Below are positions 45,409 to 59,817 of a stretch of DNA of 64,000 nucleotides, piece by piece. The DNA comes from Octopus vulgaris (taxonomy: Eukaryota): contig OX597827.1 of assembly GCA_951406725.2 (NCBI GenBank), forward strand, positions 2,604,001-2,668,000, given 5' to 3'. Position 1 is the stretch's first letter, and every line of letters starts with the position of its first letter. The translations under genes were made by a program, and so were the position numbers. The notes below the pieces were generated by a model. It searched no databases. It was not told the DNA's origin and saw only the letters and a program-made list of their open reading frames with translations.

Positions 45409-46479
45409 CTCTAATCCCTTGCTGACTTCATATGAGAAATAGCGAAGTAATCACTAATCTTTGATTAAAGCTATGTCTGTTTCTCAACAAAGGGATCAGA
45501 CCCAAGCCACATTTTAACTTTGAAAGATGAAAGGAAACTTCTTTTAACCTTTAATCTTTTACTTGTTTCATTGTTTCATTTATTAGATTAGGTATTTTCA
45601 ACCATTTTTTTTTATCTATGGACCCCTTTCATCATTATTTTGTTCTGGTGGTCCCCTTGAAAATTCGATGTTTAAAGCTAGTTTTAGAAGATCCTTCTTT
45701 CAAAATTCCAATTTTGCTATTCACACATTAACTTGTGTAGGTTGAACTTAGTAAAATGCTAGGGAAAGAAACCGAGCTGTTTCTTGCAATACATACCAAC
45801 AGATACATCTAATGCAACACTCTTTCGGGGGGGGGCCTTAAAATACTATTGTGGGTCCCCAATTTGCTATTTTGTTGTGTGGACACCCAAAAGTCTTATA
45901 TGAAGCATCAAGGGCTTTATGGACCTCGGTTCAGAACCACTATCCTAATCCCTTGCTGATTTCATATGAGGAATAGCAAAGTAACTACTGGTCCTTGATT
46001 AAAGCTGTGTCAGTTTGTCAACGAAAGGATTGATTCGGTAAGATGAAAGACAATTGCTGATCATTTATCAAAAGGTATCTTCTTTTAACTTTTTATCCTT
46101 TATTTGTTTCATTCGTTAGATCAGGGATTCTCCGCCATTTTTTTTATTTATGGACCCTTATTTTATACTAGTGGGCCCCCTTATCCATTCGATGCTTAAA
46201 AACTAGTTTATAGAAAATTCTTTCAAAATTCCTATTTCGTTTGTTACACATTCACTTGTGTAGGTTGAACTATGTAAAACGTTAGACAAAAAAAAAAAAC
46301 AAAAAAAAAAGAACGAGCGGTTTCACGCAATGCATACCAGTACATACAAATAAAGCAGACATTTTCAGATGGCCTTAAAATACTATTGGGGATCTTCAAT
46401 TTACTGTTTTGTTGCGTGGGGCCCCTAAAATCGTATACGGGCCCTTAGGAGCCATGTGAATCTCGATTGAGAACCACTG
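45409..46479. repeat. Diverged tandem duplication, ~535-bp unit (flank plus hAT MITE)
   Basis: ctaatcccttgctga.ttcatatgag.aatagc.aagtaa recurs at 45411 and 45945, each time followed by the same flank and MITE. Confidence 0.85.
46122..46479. mobile_element. hAT-type MITE with 8-bp TSD
   Basis: Ends cagggattctc.cc / gattgagaaccactg; flanks cgttagat / cattagat. Related copies at 45589-45942 and (partial) 44222-44455. Confidence 0.75.
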
Positions 46480-47095
46480 CATTAGATGAAGCAGATGTGG
46501 TTACCAAAGATGCTTCAACCTGAAATATATATATTTTTTAATGTCTAAGACTACATTATTCATTGTTTTCTTCGTTCTTGTCATACGACAAAAATATAGT
46601 TGGACGGGAACTAGGATCTGAAGGATGTTTAGCTGTAATTTCTAGCATATCCAGCGACGGCATAGAAGCTTTACTCGTTGTCCCATATATCCAACAGTCA
46701 CACAGCAAGATTAACTGAGGCAACTCCTATTCAGGATACACACGTATACACACATACACACACATAGACTCACATACATAAAAATTCCTTAGATGAACAC
46801 AAATATGCTAGCACAAGATTATCATAATTATTTTCAAGCAATTTAATGGTTAAAAAGACATTTACTGACGGCGACGTTAAATACAGATAACGCTGTCAAG
46901 CGAAATTGAAGTCCAAAACAAAACGATTTTCATTACTCACACACATAAACACACATTATATAAGCAAATAAATGTATATATATATATATCCACATGTATG
47001 TATGTATGTATGTATGTATGTATGTATGTATGTATGTATGTATGTATGTATGTATGTATGTATGTACGTATGTATGTACATACACACACACACAC

Positions 47096-47131
<36 letters not shown>

Positions 47132-47158
47132 ACATATATATATATATATGCATATGTA

Positions 47159-48628
47159 CAGCCTTGGCCAAAAGTATTAGGCCACCCCAATGTTTTGGTG
47201 TTCTTCTAGCTCAATGTTAATGAAACTCGTGCATATAGTAGATTATGGAATATTTCCCAATATGCATTAGTTTTAATATCTGGTTAACTCTCCGCTTTTA
47301 TACTGTACATATGCAACCAATTATGAGTTAGACCAACGTCCAAAATTAACTTATGTTTCCTTGATTATTTCAGAGTTTTATGCTAAAATACTTTGTAGAT
47401 ACAGTTAATAAACAGTAAAATACTTAAAACAAGGGGGTTGAGTGAGAGTGAGCGAGGTCAAATCGTAGCTGATCATGAAGATGGAATGTCTCAAAGGCAA
47501 ATTGTTCAGAACAAACGACTCTTAAGCACTTTAGAGAGACGAAAGATGTGAAGACAATACAAAGAACAGGCAGAAAAAAGTTACATCATTTAGTGATGAT
47601 TGATCCATCATCCGCCAGTCGCCCCAAAACAAAAGAAAAAAACATCGTCGGAGATCTGTGCGAACTCCAACAAGGCACATTCTTCATAAATATCAACCAG
47701 AACTGTTAGAAGAAGCCTTGTATAGCACGGTCTGAAATGCTGTAAAGCTAGGAAGAAGCTGAGGGTTTCTGAAGCGAATATGGAAAAACGTCTTCTGTGG
47801 GCCAAAAACCACTCAAATTGGACCAGTGAGCAATGGTCAAAGGTCATATGGTCGGATGAAAGTAACTATGAGGTAAGATAGTACATGTATTCAACCAACA
47901 TATAAACTTAATGTAACTGGTTTGTTGCCCAAAATATATAAAGAAGTATCCAGCATAAAGCTAATATTATTTTGCATGTTTTTAGTGAGGTTTTCGGTAC
48001 ATCTGGTGCAACTTTCATGCGTCGCAGACTTAGAGAAGCATCAAAGGCTGAATGTCTGATACCAACCGTAAAACATGGGAGTGGTTCTAACATGGTGTGG
48101 GCTTGAATGTCTGCCACAAGATCTGTAGAAATGTTTTTATGTCAGGGACGGATAAATTCAGTTATTTATGCTTCTATGTTATCAGATGTTTTAGAGCCAT
48201 CAATTGCCAAATTGCATCCAGGAGTGCTCCATGTCATACAGCAAAGAATACTCATCAATGGTTTGAGACACAGTGTATTGTTCCCACGGACTGTCCAGCT
48301 TAAAGTCCCGTTCTAAATCCGATTGCACACCTATGGAGAAGTCTTGGTGAAGTTATCAGGAACACAAAAATTGAAACTAAAGAGCAGTTGTACCAAACTT
48401 TAAGAGAAGAATGGAGTAAAATTGCACCCAGCACCCGCAACAAAATTCTTGATTCAATGCCTAACTGTATTAAAGCGGTACCTAATGCTAAATTAGGGTC
48501 AGCCAGATATTAAAATTTATGTATATTGTGAAATATACCATAAATCTACCATGTGCACAAGTTTCATTAACATTGAGATAGCAGAACCTCAAAACATTGG
48601 GGTGGCCTAATACTTTTGGCCAAACCTG
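47159..48628 (+). mobile_element. Tc1-family DNA transposon, full length, defective transposase
   Basis: TA flanks and ~130-bp TIRs (cagccttggccaaaagtattaggccacccc / ggggtggcctaatacttttggccaaacctg). Residual peptides WSKVIWSDESNYE, PTVKHGSGSNMVW, APCHTAK, SPVLNPIAHLW and EEWSKI..DSMP, with stops and frameshifts. Confidence 0.93.
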
Positions 48629-48639
48629 TATATACATAC

Positions 48640-48671
<32 letters not shown>

Positions 48672-48672
48672 T

Positions 48673-48766
<94 letters not shown>

Positions 48767-49299
48767 TACATATGCATATACACATATATAGAAATATTAT
48801 TATTTCTAAGTCTCTCTAAAGGAGACTACGGCAGCGGTACTGGATATTAACAGTTATTGCCAAGCTAATATGGCAGTTCATAAATATAGGAAGAAAGCTG
48901 CCGTTGATTAGCTGTTTTAGTTTTTAACCCTGACCGGTAATGTACCCCTGAAACGGCCGTAGATGGAACACCCTCTTATTTTTCGTATCCTTTTCATTTA
49001 CTGTTCTTAACCTTGATGTCTTGTGTCATTTGTATGTCATATCATAGATGTATTAGAAATTTTAGACGATTTCGACGGGCTGCCATTTTTGTTGCTATTG
49101 TTATCAACCCTTCATTTGTTTTGTGCCTCCTATATTTATCCCGCGTAACTTTTTAGATGTAATCCTTATTTATGTGATTTTATATGTATTTTTATAAATT
49201 TTTATATGCTTTTATATCTCTCCTATATTTTTATGTATGTTTGCTTTTATTCTTTATGCACTTGGAGTATCTTTACGCCTATACATGCATGATTTATGT

Positions 49300-49344
<45 letters not shown>

Positions 49345-49510
49345 TCAATTACATTGATTGATTATCTTCATTTATGCGTTTGGGAATTTGGTTGATTGCT
49401 TGGGATTTGCGTTTTCATTTTCCTCTACTTTGTATTATTTACGTATATATATATATATATATATATTATTTACATATGTATACATATACACACACACACA
49501 AACACACGCG

Positions 49511-49542
<32 letters not shown>

Positions 49543-49839
49543 GATTGGTGACAGGTGTTCTCTATATAGAATATACTTCGAAATGCTCAAGAGATATGAT
49601 CTTGAACAGGTAGGGGAGTAATTGTAATGACAAGCAACTTAGGCAAATCGATTTACACGGAATATTAAATACACTTCATACAAAAAATCTACATGTGCTT
49701 GGATATAAAATAGTCCGACTTACAGAATACAATATAACCTATTTAACTTCGGATACCATTTACATTCTGTAAGTCGGACTATTTTATATCCATACACATG
49801 GACATTTTTTGTATTGATAGTACTCACTATTCCATGTAA

Positions 49840-49934
<95 letters not shown>

Positions 49935-50639
49935 TGTGGCTGTGTGGTAAGAAGTTTGCTTCCCAACCACATGGTTCTGAGTTCAGTGCCACTGCACTTG
50001 ACGAAGTGCATTCTACTACAGCTTCGGGCCGACCAAAGCCTTGTGAGTCGATTTGGTTAGACAGAAATTGAAAAAAGCCAGTTGTGTACATATATAGAGG
50101 GTGCGATGAGTAAATTGTCACCATTTTATATTTTTGATTTTGAATCGTTGACGCTCATATATGTTACGTGTGAGGTTTTGAATATATTAATTAAAGGTAC
50201 GCCAAGCAGAGAATATTAAAATAATGCTGTGTACATTTACGTTTAGCACTTCCATATACATTCAAATGGAAAAGGCCCTTCACTCCGTTAATAAGCGGTA
50301 ACTGTTTCGAAAGGGAAATTCTTCTTGTAGACAACAAATATGATAACACGATGTGCTAGCCTGTCAATGACGTCACCGGACAATAGTGCCAGTGCTTGAC
50401 GAAGAAGCACGAAGGATATAAGCAAGATTTCTATTCCAAGACGGTTACTGCAGCGAAGCATTACATTAGTTTTCTGCACGTTTTATTCAGCCTTTTAATA
50501 TGGTTTGCAACATTCAGGAACTCTAAATCTTGCCTTTTTAATAAGTTGAAGTTCACTTCGGTGTTATCAAGTTTGTTAATTTGAGGAAGATCGTGCTCGT
50601 TGTATAGCTAAAATTTATAGTTGTCAATAACTATGATAG

Positions 50640-51560
50640 ATATGCTGGTGGTACCTTTATTGGAGAAACTTTTTATCTAACTCATTCTTCTCACTGCATT
50701 TCCCTTCAAGACATTTGTACAGCAAAATATTAAAAAGAAACAAGAATTTGATATCATAAGATGCTTAATCTCCCATCATAACCATATTTGATATGATGAG
50801 ATGCCTAACCTCCCATCATAACTATAATTTCAGAAACATACAGAACCCCAAAAGCCAGAAGCAACTGAAAATAATTGTCATTCTTCCCATTTAGACAAAA
50901 AAAATCCATCGAAGGTTTTCGTATATACAGCAACAGTAACAGTAGATGGTAAGATGACCTATACAAGGCTTACATGGAACACCTTTAAAACTAGATATAA
51001 CCCTAAACCTAACTCATTCAGAGTCAGTGACAATGTATGTCCACACTACTGTTCTGATACATCCAGAAACTGAAAAGCAGAGGAATCAACCGAATCCCAT
51101 AAAAAAAAAAAAACGAAAATCATTGTGAAATAGAACACACAAAGATTTAGAGAAAAATACCACGTTAAAAACGCTACTCAAAGTAAACCGAAGAGATGAG
51201 AGATTCCCTGCGTATATAACCACTGGAAAAATACCACCCGAGGTAATTAAAAGACCAGGAAATCTCTTTTTATCATATATATATATATATACCTAATAAT
51301 AAAATCAAAATAAACACATTAGAATAGCATCTCTTTGAAACAAAGAAGGACAAGTTATGTAGGGCTAAAACAAATAAGCCAATGGAGTAATTTCCCCGGA
51401 GACACCAGGATAAACAACCAGCAAATCACATGAACCGAAGTGTTCAAAACAGAACTAAAATAACGTGTGCTTCGTCGTGTAGTATCTTCTGGTACAGCGA
51501 ATCCATTGCGTCGTTTCCTGTCGTCTGAAAGAGTGCATGTAACGAAAATAGCAAGTATAG
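50640..51560 (+). pseudogene. Degraded Penelope-like element 3' part (linker plus GIY-YIG) ending in a decayed hammerhead
   Basis: LHFPSRHLYSKILKRN and PLDKK..FVYTATVTVDGKMTYTRLTWNTFKTRYN..NSFR; ctgaaagagtgcatgtaacgaaa at ~51525-51547. Confidence 0.65.
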
Positions 51561-52730
51561 AGGGTGTAAATGATCAGCTTCAAATAAATCCCTTCCATTA
51601 TTACCCTTCGCCAACATAAAGATTATGAATATGGAACAAAAGTCATTGTGAGTGCTAATTTATCATAGCACTCAACATCGTATTTTAAAATGTCAAATAC
51701 TATAGAAAGCAGAGAGAACTCAGGCTACTGTCGTGATGGAGAGCATAATTTGCATTTTGTGCCATAGATGATTCAGTAAGTAAACAATAACTATTGTATA
51801 AACAACGCAGCTTAAATACGAAAGACTGAAATAAATATAAACTTTGCAAAGCTTCACTGTCGGTGAAATAAAAATGCGAAGACATTATTTGCTTGCTACT
51901 GCTGTCAGAAAAAAAAAAGGCAGGGAGTCTCATGATGGACCGTTCCACGGTGATGAAACAGCTCCTCAGAGAATAACTACTCTGCAAGCAAAAGCATATT
52001 TGGACTTTTAATGGCTCATCATTTATCGAACAATATTTTTTAATGTAACTCAGAAGAACTCAATGTATGCGTATGTTGTGATATGTTGAAATGTGTGGAA
52101 ACGACTGGAGGTCCCTTCAGAACCCAGTTTAACAACCACATGTCCTTCTTCAATATCCAGGACAGGCAAAACGATTTGGTCGGCCTTCGGAGGCTTTCGT
52201 AGGAAAATCATGTGACTGAGAGACAAACTTCTTACCACACAGCTACTATAATCTTATACGTATCTTTTATCTTGTTTCAGTCATTAGATAGTGGCCAAGC
52301 TGGGGCACCATATTGAAGAATTTTTAATGGAATGACTCGACCCCAGTACTATTCTTCTTAAGCATGGTACTTATTTTTTGGGCTCCCTTTTGCAGAACTA
52401 ACTGATAAGTTACGGTGATGTAAACACACCAATATCATTTGTCAAGGGGTACAAACATAGACACACACACACAAATACACACATACACACACATTCACAC
52501 ACTCACACACACACAAACATTCATACAAAAGACGTGCTTCGGGTTTCTTACAGTTTCCCTCTACCAAATCCACTCACAAGGCTTTGGTTGGCCCAAGGTT
52601 ACCGTAGAAGACACTTGCCCAAGGAGGCACTGCGTAGGACTGAAACCGGAACCATGTGACCGGGAAGCAAGCTTCTTACCACCCATTCATGGCTGTGTGT
52701 ATATATATATATACATATATATATCATATA

Positions 52731-52818
<88 letters not shown>

Positions 52819-52837
52819 GTATGTATGTATGTATGCA

Positions 52838-52905
<68 letters not shown>

Positions 52906-53619
52906 TACTACTTTATTTAAGGTATTATAATAGGTAACTTTATAAATAAAGGATTATTGACCAGATTGTGCACATATAGATTTACATATCAGTGTGTATG
53001 TGCATGTGTGAGTGACTATGTGTATATATGTGTATGTGTATATCTGTCTGTCTGTATGTATATAAGCGATGTATGCATATGTATACGTATACAGGTAATT
53101 TGGGACATTAAGAAGAACAGAGAGAAGAACAGATATAATTTATTGCAAGCCGAATCGTTACAATTCATTAGTGCGAATTTCTTGTTGCTGTGTATCAGGC
53201 GATTGCGAAAAATGAAACATAGAAATTGGTATATAAGGAAAAAATGATGTAAAACTGCTTGCACATTATACTGTACGTATGTTGGTTGACTTAGAATAGA
53301 AAGGAAATTATTATTGGCTGACAAGATAACTGTTTTTTGGTTTTTGGTTTTTTAATAGGAGTGGTGAACTTAAGAAAATATGATTTACAGAACAATTCTG
53401 AAGGTATCAGTTAAGTTAGATAAGTAGCTTCTGGGGATTATCGAAAGTGGAGATGCGAAATATAAAATAAGTATTGAGCACTTTTACCATTTTGATGTGT
53501 CAGCTGTTTTGAAATACGTAGTTGCGAAGTAAAAATTTCCAAGCCTGCTCGCAGAAATTAAATATCTCTGAGCGTTCACTCAATCAGTTATTATTTTTAC
53601 ATTATATAAATAATTTCGT

Positions 53620-54860
53620 ATTTAAACAGAGCAAACTGCGTAGTTTTCAACAGAAATTGCTATAGACATGTAAAATAGCAAAACTGGGAATAGAACAGGA
53701 TTTTTACCACTATTAATTCTGTTTCTTTTAAAATTAAAATATATTCGGAGGGGATCGTGACAAATTATTTTCAGGATTCTTAAATATATGAGTATGCAAC
53801 TAAATACGAACCTGAAAGCAATTTTTGGTGATGCCAGTATAATTTCTGGAAGCATTGATATTTTCGGTTTGGATTTTAGCAGAATATATTAGAAAAATAA
53901 TTAGTGTTAAGATGACATTTATTCGAAGAGATACAGTCACATGTTGGAAAGAAGCTATGTTTTTGTTATGTTGCTGTTGTTGTTAAAATGGTTATGGAAC
54001 TAACAATAATTTAACAAGAATTACTAAATTTAATTGTAGTTTTGGTAAAGAGCTTATGGTATCTGTAATTTCACAGAAAAATCAAAAGAATTTAAGTTAC
54101 AGAAGTCTCTGACGTTATGTGTACGGACATTTAAACTAGAAATTAGATTGTATTACAAAATGTATTCGATTTTACGCTTGGGAACATTTATATTGGACAT
54201 GTATTGCATTGGTTAAGCTACTGTTATGAAGTACCTCGTTGTAATAATCAGAAATATTAATGAATGTTTTCTAGTCTGAAGATCAGGAAGATAAGACTTT
54301 AACAATGTTCAGGACTGAATTTCTGAGAACAATGTGAACTGGTATAATCTGTCTGTATGTAGAATCTATTCATCTCTTGTCTAAATTTACAACGGTATCC
54401 AGAAAATTAACTGCTTTGATTTTAATGTTAACTGTTATCCTTAAATGTACTTTGCTGTATAATTCAATGAGGCGTTTTTCTAACCGTGCCGGTCAGATGA
54501 TATATTATCATTCTTGCTCCGTGAGACTATCGAACCGTCGTCTCATGGTAAGATGATATATATTTTATACAAAAGTTCCAAAATATAGATTCAATAATTT
54601 TGCTTAAGACGTCTCCAACGCAGCATACCCTCGTGACAACAAACAATTCGTTTCCATTTTTAACACAAAAAAAGTTAACGAAAAACAGAAAAGATTCCAT
54701 TACGTGCATAATGATATGAAATTCACTTATTGGTATCATGTTCTTGGCATCAATTAAGGCTTAAAGAAGAATGGATTTATTTACAGAAAGACAGAATTCT
54801 ATAATTCTGCTTTTAGCCATTAAAACTGCTAGAACTTTTTAATAGAGACGAACTGTTGTT
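53620..54860 (-). pseudogene. Degraded Penelope-like retroelement ORF (RT plus GIY-YIG remnants)
   Basis: Fragments in the expected order: IIMHVMESFLF..VKNGNELFVVT, RDDG, AVNFLDTVVNL, YYNEVLHNS, YHKLFTKTTIKFSNSC, TGITKNCFQVR. Many stops and frameshifts. Confidence 0.7.
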
Positions 54861-55256
54861 TTATAACAGAAAAGAAATTATTAAAGAGTATTTTGGGATG
54901 AAGCATTGTGGGATATTAAGATAGTAAAACACTTGTTAGGGCCGAAACAGTGGAAAATAAAATAGATATGTGAAAACAGAAAAATGGTTGAAGTGTTACC
55001 TTGTAGTTTTTCAATATTCAAGTGTTAGAACTAGTTCATCAGGATAGACATAGAGAAATGGGAAATGGAATAAAACGGTTAATGTGAGAGAGGCTCGTGA
55101 CATGCGCAGACTGGTGTTGCTGTAATGGTCAGTTTGCTTCGTGTAGTTCTTGTTAGTTGTTTAGTGCTGGTTTCAGCTTGTTAATTATCATAGCATCCTT
55201 GATGCTTTTAAATATAATATAGAGCTTGTTTACTATTATCCTGTTGTTAGCCTATA

Positions 55257-55457
55257 CTCTTTCACTTGTTTCAGTAATTTGACTGCGGCCATGCTGGAGC
55301 ATCGCCTTTAGTCGAGCAAATCGACCCCGGGACTTATTCTTTGTAAGCCCAGTACTTATTCTATCGGTCTCTTTTGCCGAACCGCTAAGTGACGGGGATG
55401 TAAACACACCAGCATCGGTTGTCAAGCAATGCTAGAGGGACAAACACAGACACATAA

Positions 55458-55526
<69 letters not shown>

Positions 55527-55690
55527 TACGAAAGGCTTCTTTCAGTTTCCGTCTACCAAATCCACTCACAAGGCTTTGGTCGGCCCGAGGCTATAGCAGA
55601 AGACACTTGCCCAACATGCAACGCAGTGGGACTGAACCCGGAACCATGTGGTTGGTTAGCAAGCTACTTACCACCCAACCACCCCTGCGC
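55257..55690 (-). mobile_element. SINE family D, near-intact, with an internal (TA)/(TG) microsatellite
   Basis: Head gcgcagg..tgtggtaagtagcttgc..gggttcagtccc; tail ctccagcatggccgcagtcaaattactgaaacaag. Other copies or pieces at ~1150-1270, 7712-8305, 31085-31320, 32760-33135, 34295-34740 and 52265-52695 (-), and 49932-50090, 56000-56170 and 58590-58730 (+). Confidence 0.88.
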
Positions 55691-56165
55691 CTTGTTTACT
55701 ATTACTAACTTGGTTATCCTGTTGTTAGCCTATATTTAGGATTATTAGCAAAAATTAACTGATGATCTTCAAGTGTAAAAAAATATATTGTAAGTGGGTC
55801 TAGTTATTGACTGAGCTCAATTTCCTGCACATTCTTGGAGGGAATTTTATTTTGTGGTTTTGTAAGATTCCATACCATTTTCTTACAGTCTTTGCTGGTT
55901 GAGTCTAAAAAGTGCATACTTAACATTGGTAAAACATTTCCCCATATATTTGCGTTTACCATTTGTTCATTTTAATACACGGGAAAAAGAAATTGCATCG
56001 TAGACGCAGGCATGGTTGAGTAGTTAAAAAGCCCGTTTTGCAGCCACGTGATTCCAGGTTCAGTCCCACTGCGCGGTACCTTGCGCAAGTGTCTTCTACT
56101 ACAGACCCGGGCCGACCAATTCCTAGTAAAAACTTTTATAAACAGAAACTGTTTTGAAGCCTGTC

Positions 56166-56208
<43 letters not shown>

Positions 56209-56404
56209 CTCCAAAGAGAAAACACGACAACGCGAGGACGTAGAAAAAGTATAGTGTTATTGGACGCCCAGGAAAGGAAAGAAAGAAGGAGGATTTAACG
56301 TTTCAAGCGGAGCACTTCGTCGGGAACATAGAAAAGGAAAGTTCCAAGGAAGAGATGACGGAGAAAGAAAATCGCCAACGATACACACGCGGTCACATAT
56401 TGAA

Positions 56405-56490
<86 letters not shown>

Positions 56491-56504
56491 ATATGCATTG
56501 CATA

Positions 56505-56545
<41 letters not shown>

Positions 56546-57984
56546 GAGTGTGCGTGTGATTTTTGTGTTAGACCCCACCATCACTTGATAACCGATACTG
56601 GTTTGTTTTCATTAACATATGTAACATACCAATTCGGCAAAGGAGATCGACAGAATAAGTACTAGACTGAAAGAAGAAATAGCAGCTAAATCTTTCTCCA
56701 ATCACATTGCAGACGTCATAATGAAGGACAAATTGGATAGTGTAGGCTTAGATACGCTATCCAACGTGTCACTATCCAAGAGATAGATGAAAAACCTTGA
56801 TTACAGGCCTCCTTGATCAGGGCTGACCTGGGGTTAAACAGCACATGAAAATGCAGGCTAAATAGGAAGTACCATGCGCAAACTGCGGCCTGCAGCACTT
56901 TCTGAATGACACGCATAACGAAAAATTATCTTGAATTATTTTTAGTTTTGCGGCCCGCCTGATGATAATCCATATCTCATGTGGCCCACTTTTTGGCAAT
57001 GTTTGCCCATGCCTAATCTAAGTTGTCAACTGATTTGCTGGAAACAGCTGCCAAATCTCCCTCAAATCATACACTAGCATCTAAAAATGGGAAGAACGCT
57101 GCTTGAAATGATAAAGATGCGATGGTCAGTGCTGGGATGTCGTTGATTACCGGTCTGCTCATACATTCACAGCTGGGGCTAAACAACAAATATTATAAAG
57201 TAATACACCTTAGCCACTACCATTGCCTCTCCTATCAATATTGGATTTAAATTTTGACACAAGGCTAGCAATTCCGGTGGATGGGGTAAGTCGATTACAT
57301 CGACCCAAGTGCTAAATTGGTACTTATTTTATCGACTCCGAAAGGATGAAGAGCAAAGTTGACCTCAACGGAAATTAAACACAGAATGTAAAGACGGACG
57401 AAATGCCGTTTAGCATTTAGTCCGGGGTACTAATGATTCTGATTTCTTCTATCAATATCATATACAAATATTAGGCAGTGAGTTGGCAGAATCGTTAACA
57501 CGACGGGCAAAATGCTTAGCGGCATTTCGTCCGTCTTTAAGTTCAAATTCCGCCGATGTTGGCTTTGCCTTTCATTCTTTCGTGTTCAATAAAATAATTA
57601 TCAGTTGAACACAGGTGTCGCTGTAATCGACTTACTCCCTTTCCCAGAGTTACTGGCTTTGTTCCCAAATTTGGAAACAGTATCATAAACACGTCGGACG
57701 AAATGCTTAGCGGCATTAATTTCCACTTATTACGTTCTGATTTCAAATTCCGCCATTGCCAACTTTGTGTTTCATCTCTTCGGGGGTCGATAAAATAAAA
57801 TACCAGTAAAGTACTGGGGATGAATGTAATCGAAATTGCTGGCTTTGCGCCAAAATTACAAAAGGAAATTACATGCACACGCGGTTCTGTATATACGTGA
57901 CTAGACATAGATAAATACGCATCTACACACACCTACACACAACCACTCAGTCTTTCTTCCCCTCCCTTATTCTCTCTGTATTCT

Positions 57985-58016
<32 letters not shown>

Positions 58017-59495
58017 CTGCCTCTCACACAGACACGCCTACATATACATGGACGATGGACGTCTAAAAACGACGGTAAATGCTTACTGAACCAATATGGA
58101 ACAGAAATGGTTCAGGAAGTGTAATGAGTTAGTTCAACTTCCCCAAGTTTCAATGCTCAACACGTGTCACACGGATCAGTGAAGAGGTCATGAGTGTGTG
58201 ACAAATGACTTTGATATTAATAACTAATTAATAAATTTATAATGAAGGGAATGATTAGGAAAACTAATGCATGTAATTGATCCAAATTAACATATCTATT
58301 ACACCTTATGATTTAAGATTACATCGATGTATAATATACGTATGTATGTGTGTGTGCGTGTATATTTATATACATATGTGTGTGGGTGCGTGTATGTATA
58401 TATTTGAAAATAAATGTCTGTGTGTGCACATTACAAACATACATACACTCATATATACATACATATATATATATGCACACAGATATACAGACAGAGAGAA
58501 AGAGGGAGGGAGGGAGGGAGGAGAAAAAGCTTGAGTGGTTGTGTGTATGTGTGTACAGGTGTAATTATCTATATCAATGTTGGAATGTTTACGGCCTTGT
58601 AACCTTGCGGTTCGGCAAATAAAAACGATAGAATAAGTCCTGGGATCGATTTCTTCGACTAAAAAACCCTTTAAGGCGGTGCTCTAGCATGGTCGCAGTC
58701 AAATGACTGAAACAAGTAAAAAGATATAAAAAGAATGTACACACACACACACATGCACACATACTCACATACATATGTAATGAGACACTACTACAAATAG
58801 ACGTACGAAATTCAGTTTAGATTGTTTATATTTTAACCATACTCTTTACTCTTACTCTTTTACTCTATGTAGTTTTAGTTATTAGAAAGTGAAGTACAGG
58901 CTTAAGTTGTTTTAAGTGAGTGAAGATAACAGGTTTTTAACTAAATACTTATGCATTTTCTGTTGTGTCTGGGGAGAGTCATTTTCATTTTGTGCCTTAT
59001 AATATAACACACTCACCGGTTTCCACTTTTTTCTTATATTTATTTTCCTAAAATTTTCGTTGCGTCTTGCAACCTTTTCAAATGCATTTGTTTTCCATCC
59101 CTAACTTATGTCAACCAATATCCGGTGTATTGACTCTTGGATACAGTACCCAGTCTCTTCTTTTCTGTCTACATTACCCGGTAGAAATAGAGCAGACAAG
59201 AACAGAAACAGAGTGAAAGAGAAGGAGAGAGAGAGTGAGAGAGACTGAGTGAGTGAATGAGTGAGTGAGTGAGTGAGTGAGTGAGTGAGTGAGTCAATCA
59301 GTCAGTGAGTGGGAGAGACACTGTAGCAGAGAGACAGACAGAGAGATACAGTGATCTACATATAAAAATTGTGGGAAATCATCAGAGAGAGCGCAATAGT
59401 GAAGTACGGTGACAAAGCGAGAGAGGGGGGAAAGAGGTGGGGAGAGGGAGAGATTGAAAGAAAGATGACAGAGAAATTGAGAGACAGAGTGAGTT

Positions 59496-59550
<55 letters not shown>

Positions 59551-59688
59551 GACTGGATGCATAAGCACCTGTCTAGTGGTCTCACCGAACTACTATTTAA
59601 TAACGGAAGATGTTATGTACAAGTATCCGTTATGTTAAACACCATCGGGGTTTATCCTTTTCGCTCAGGTATATATATATATACATAT

Positions 59689-59735
<47 letters not shown>

Positions 59736-59759
59736 CATACATACATATATATATATATA

Positions 59760-59817
<58 letters not shown>

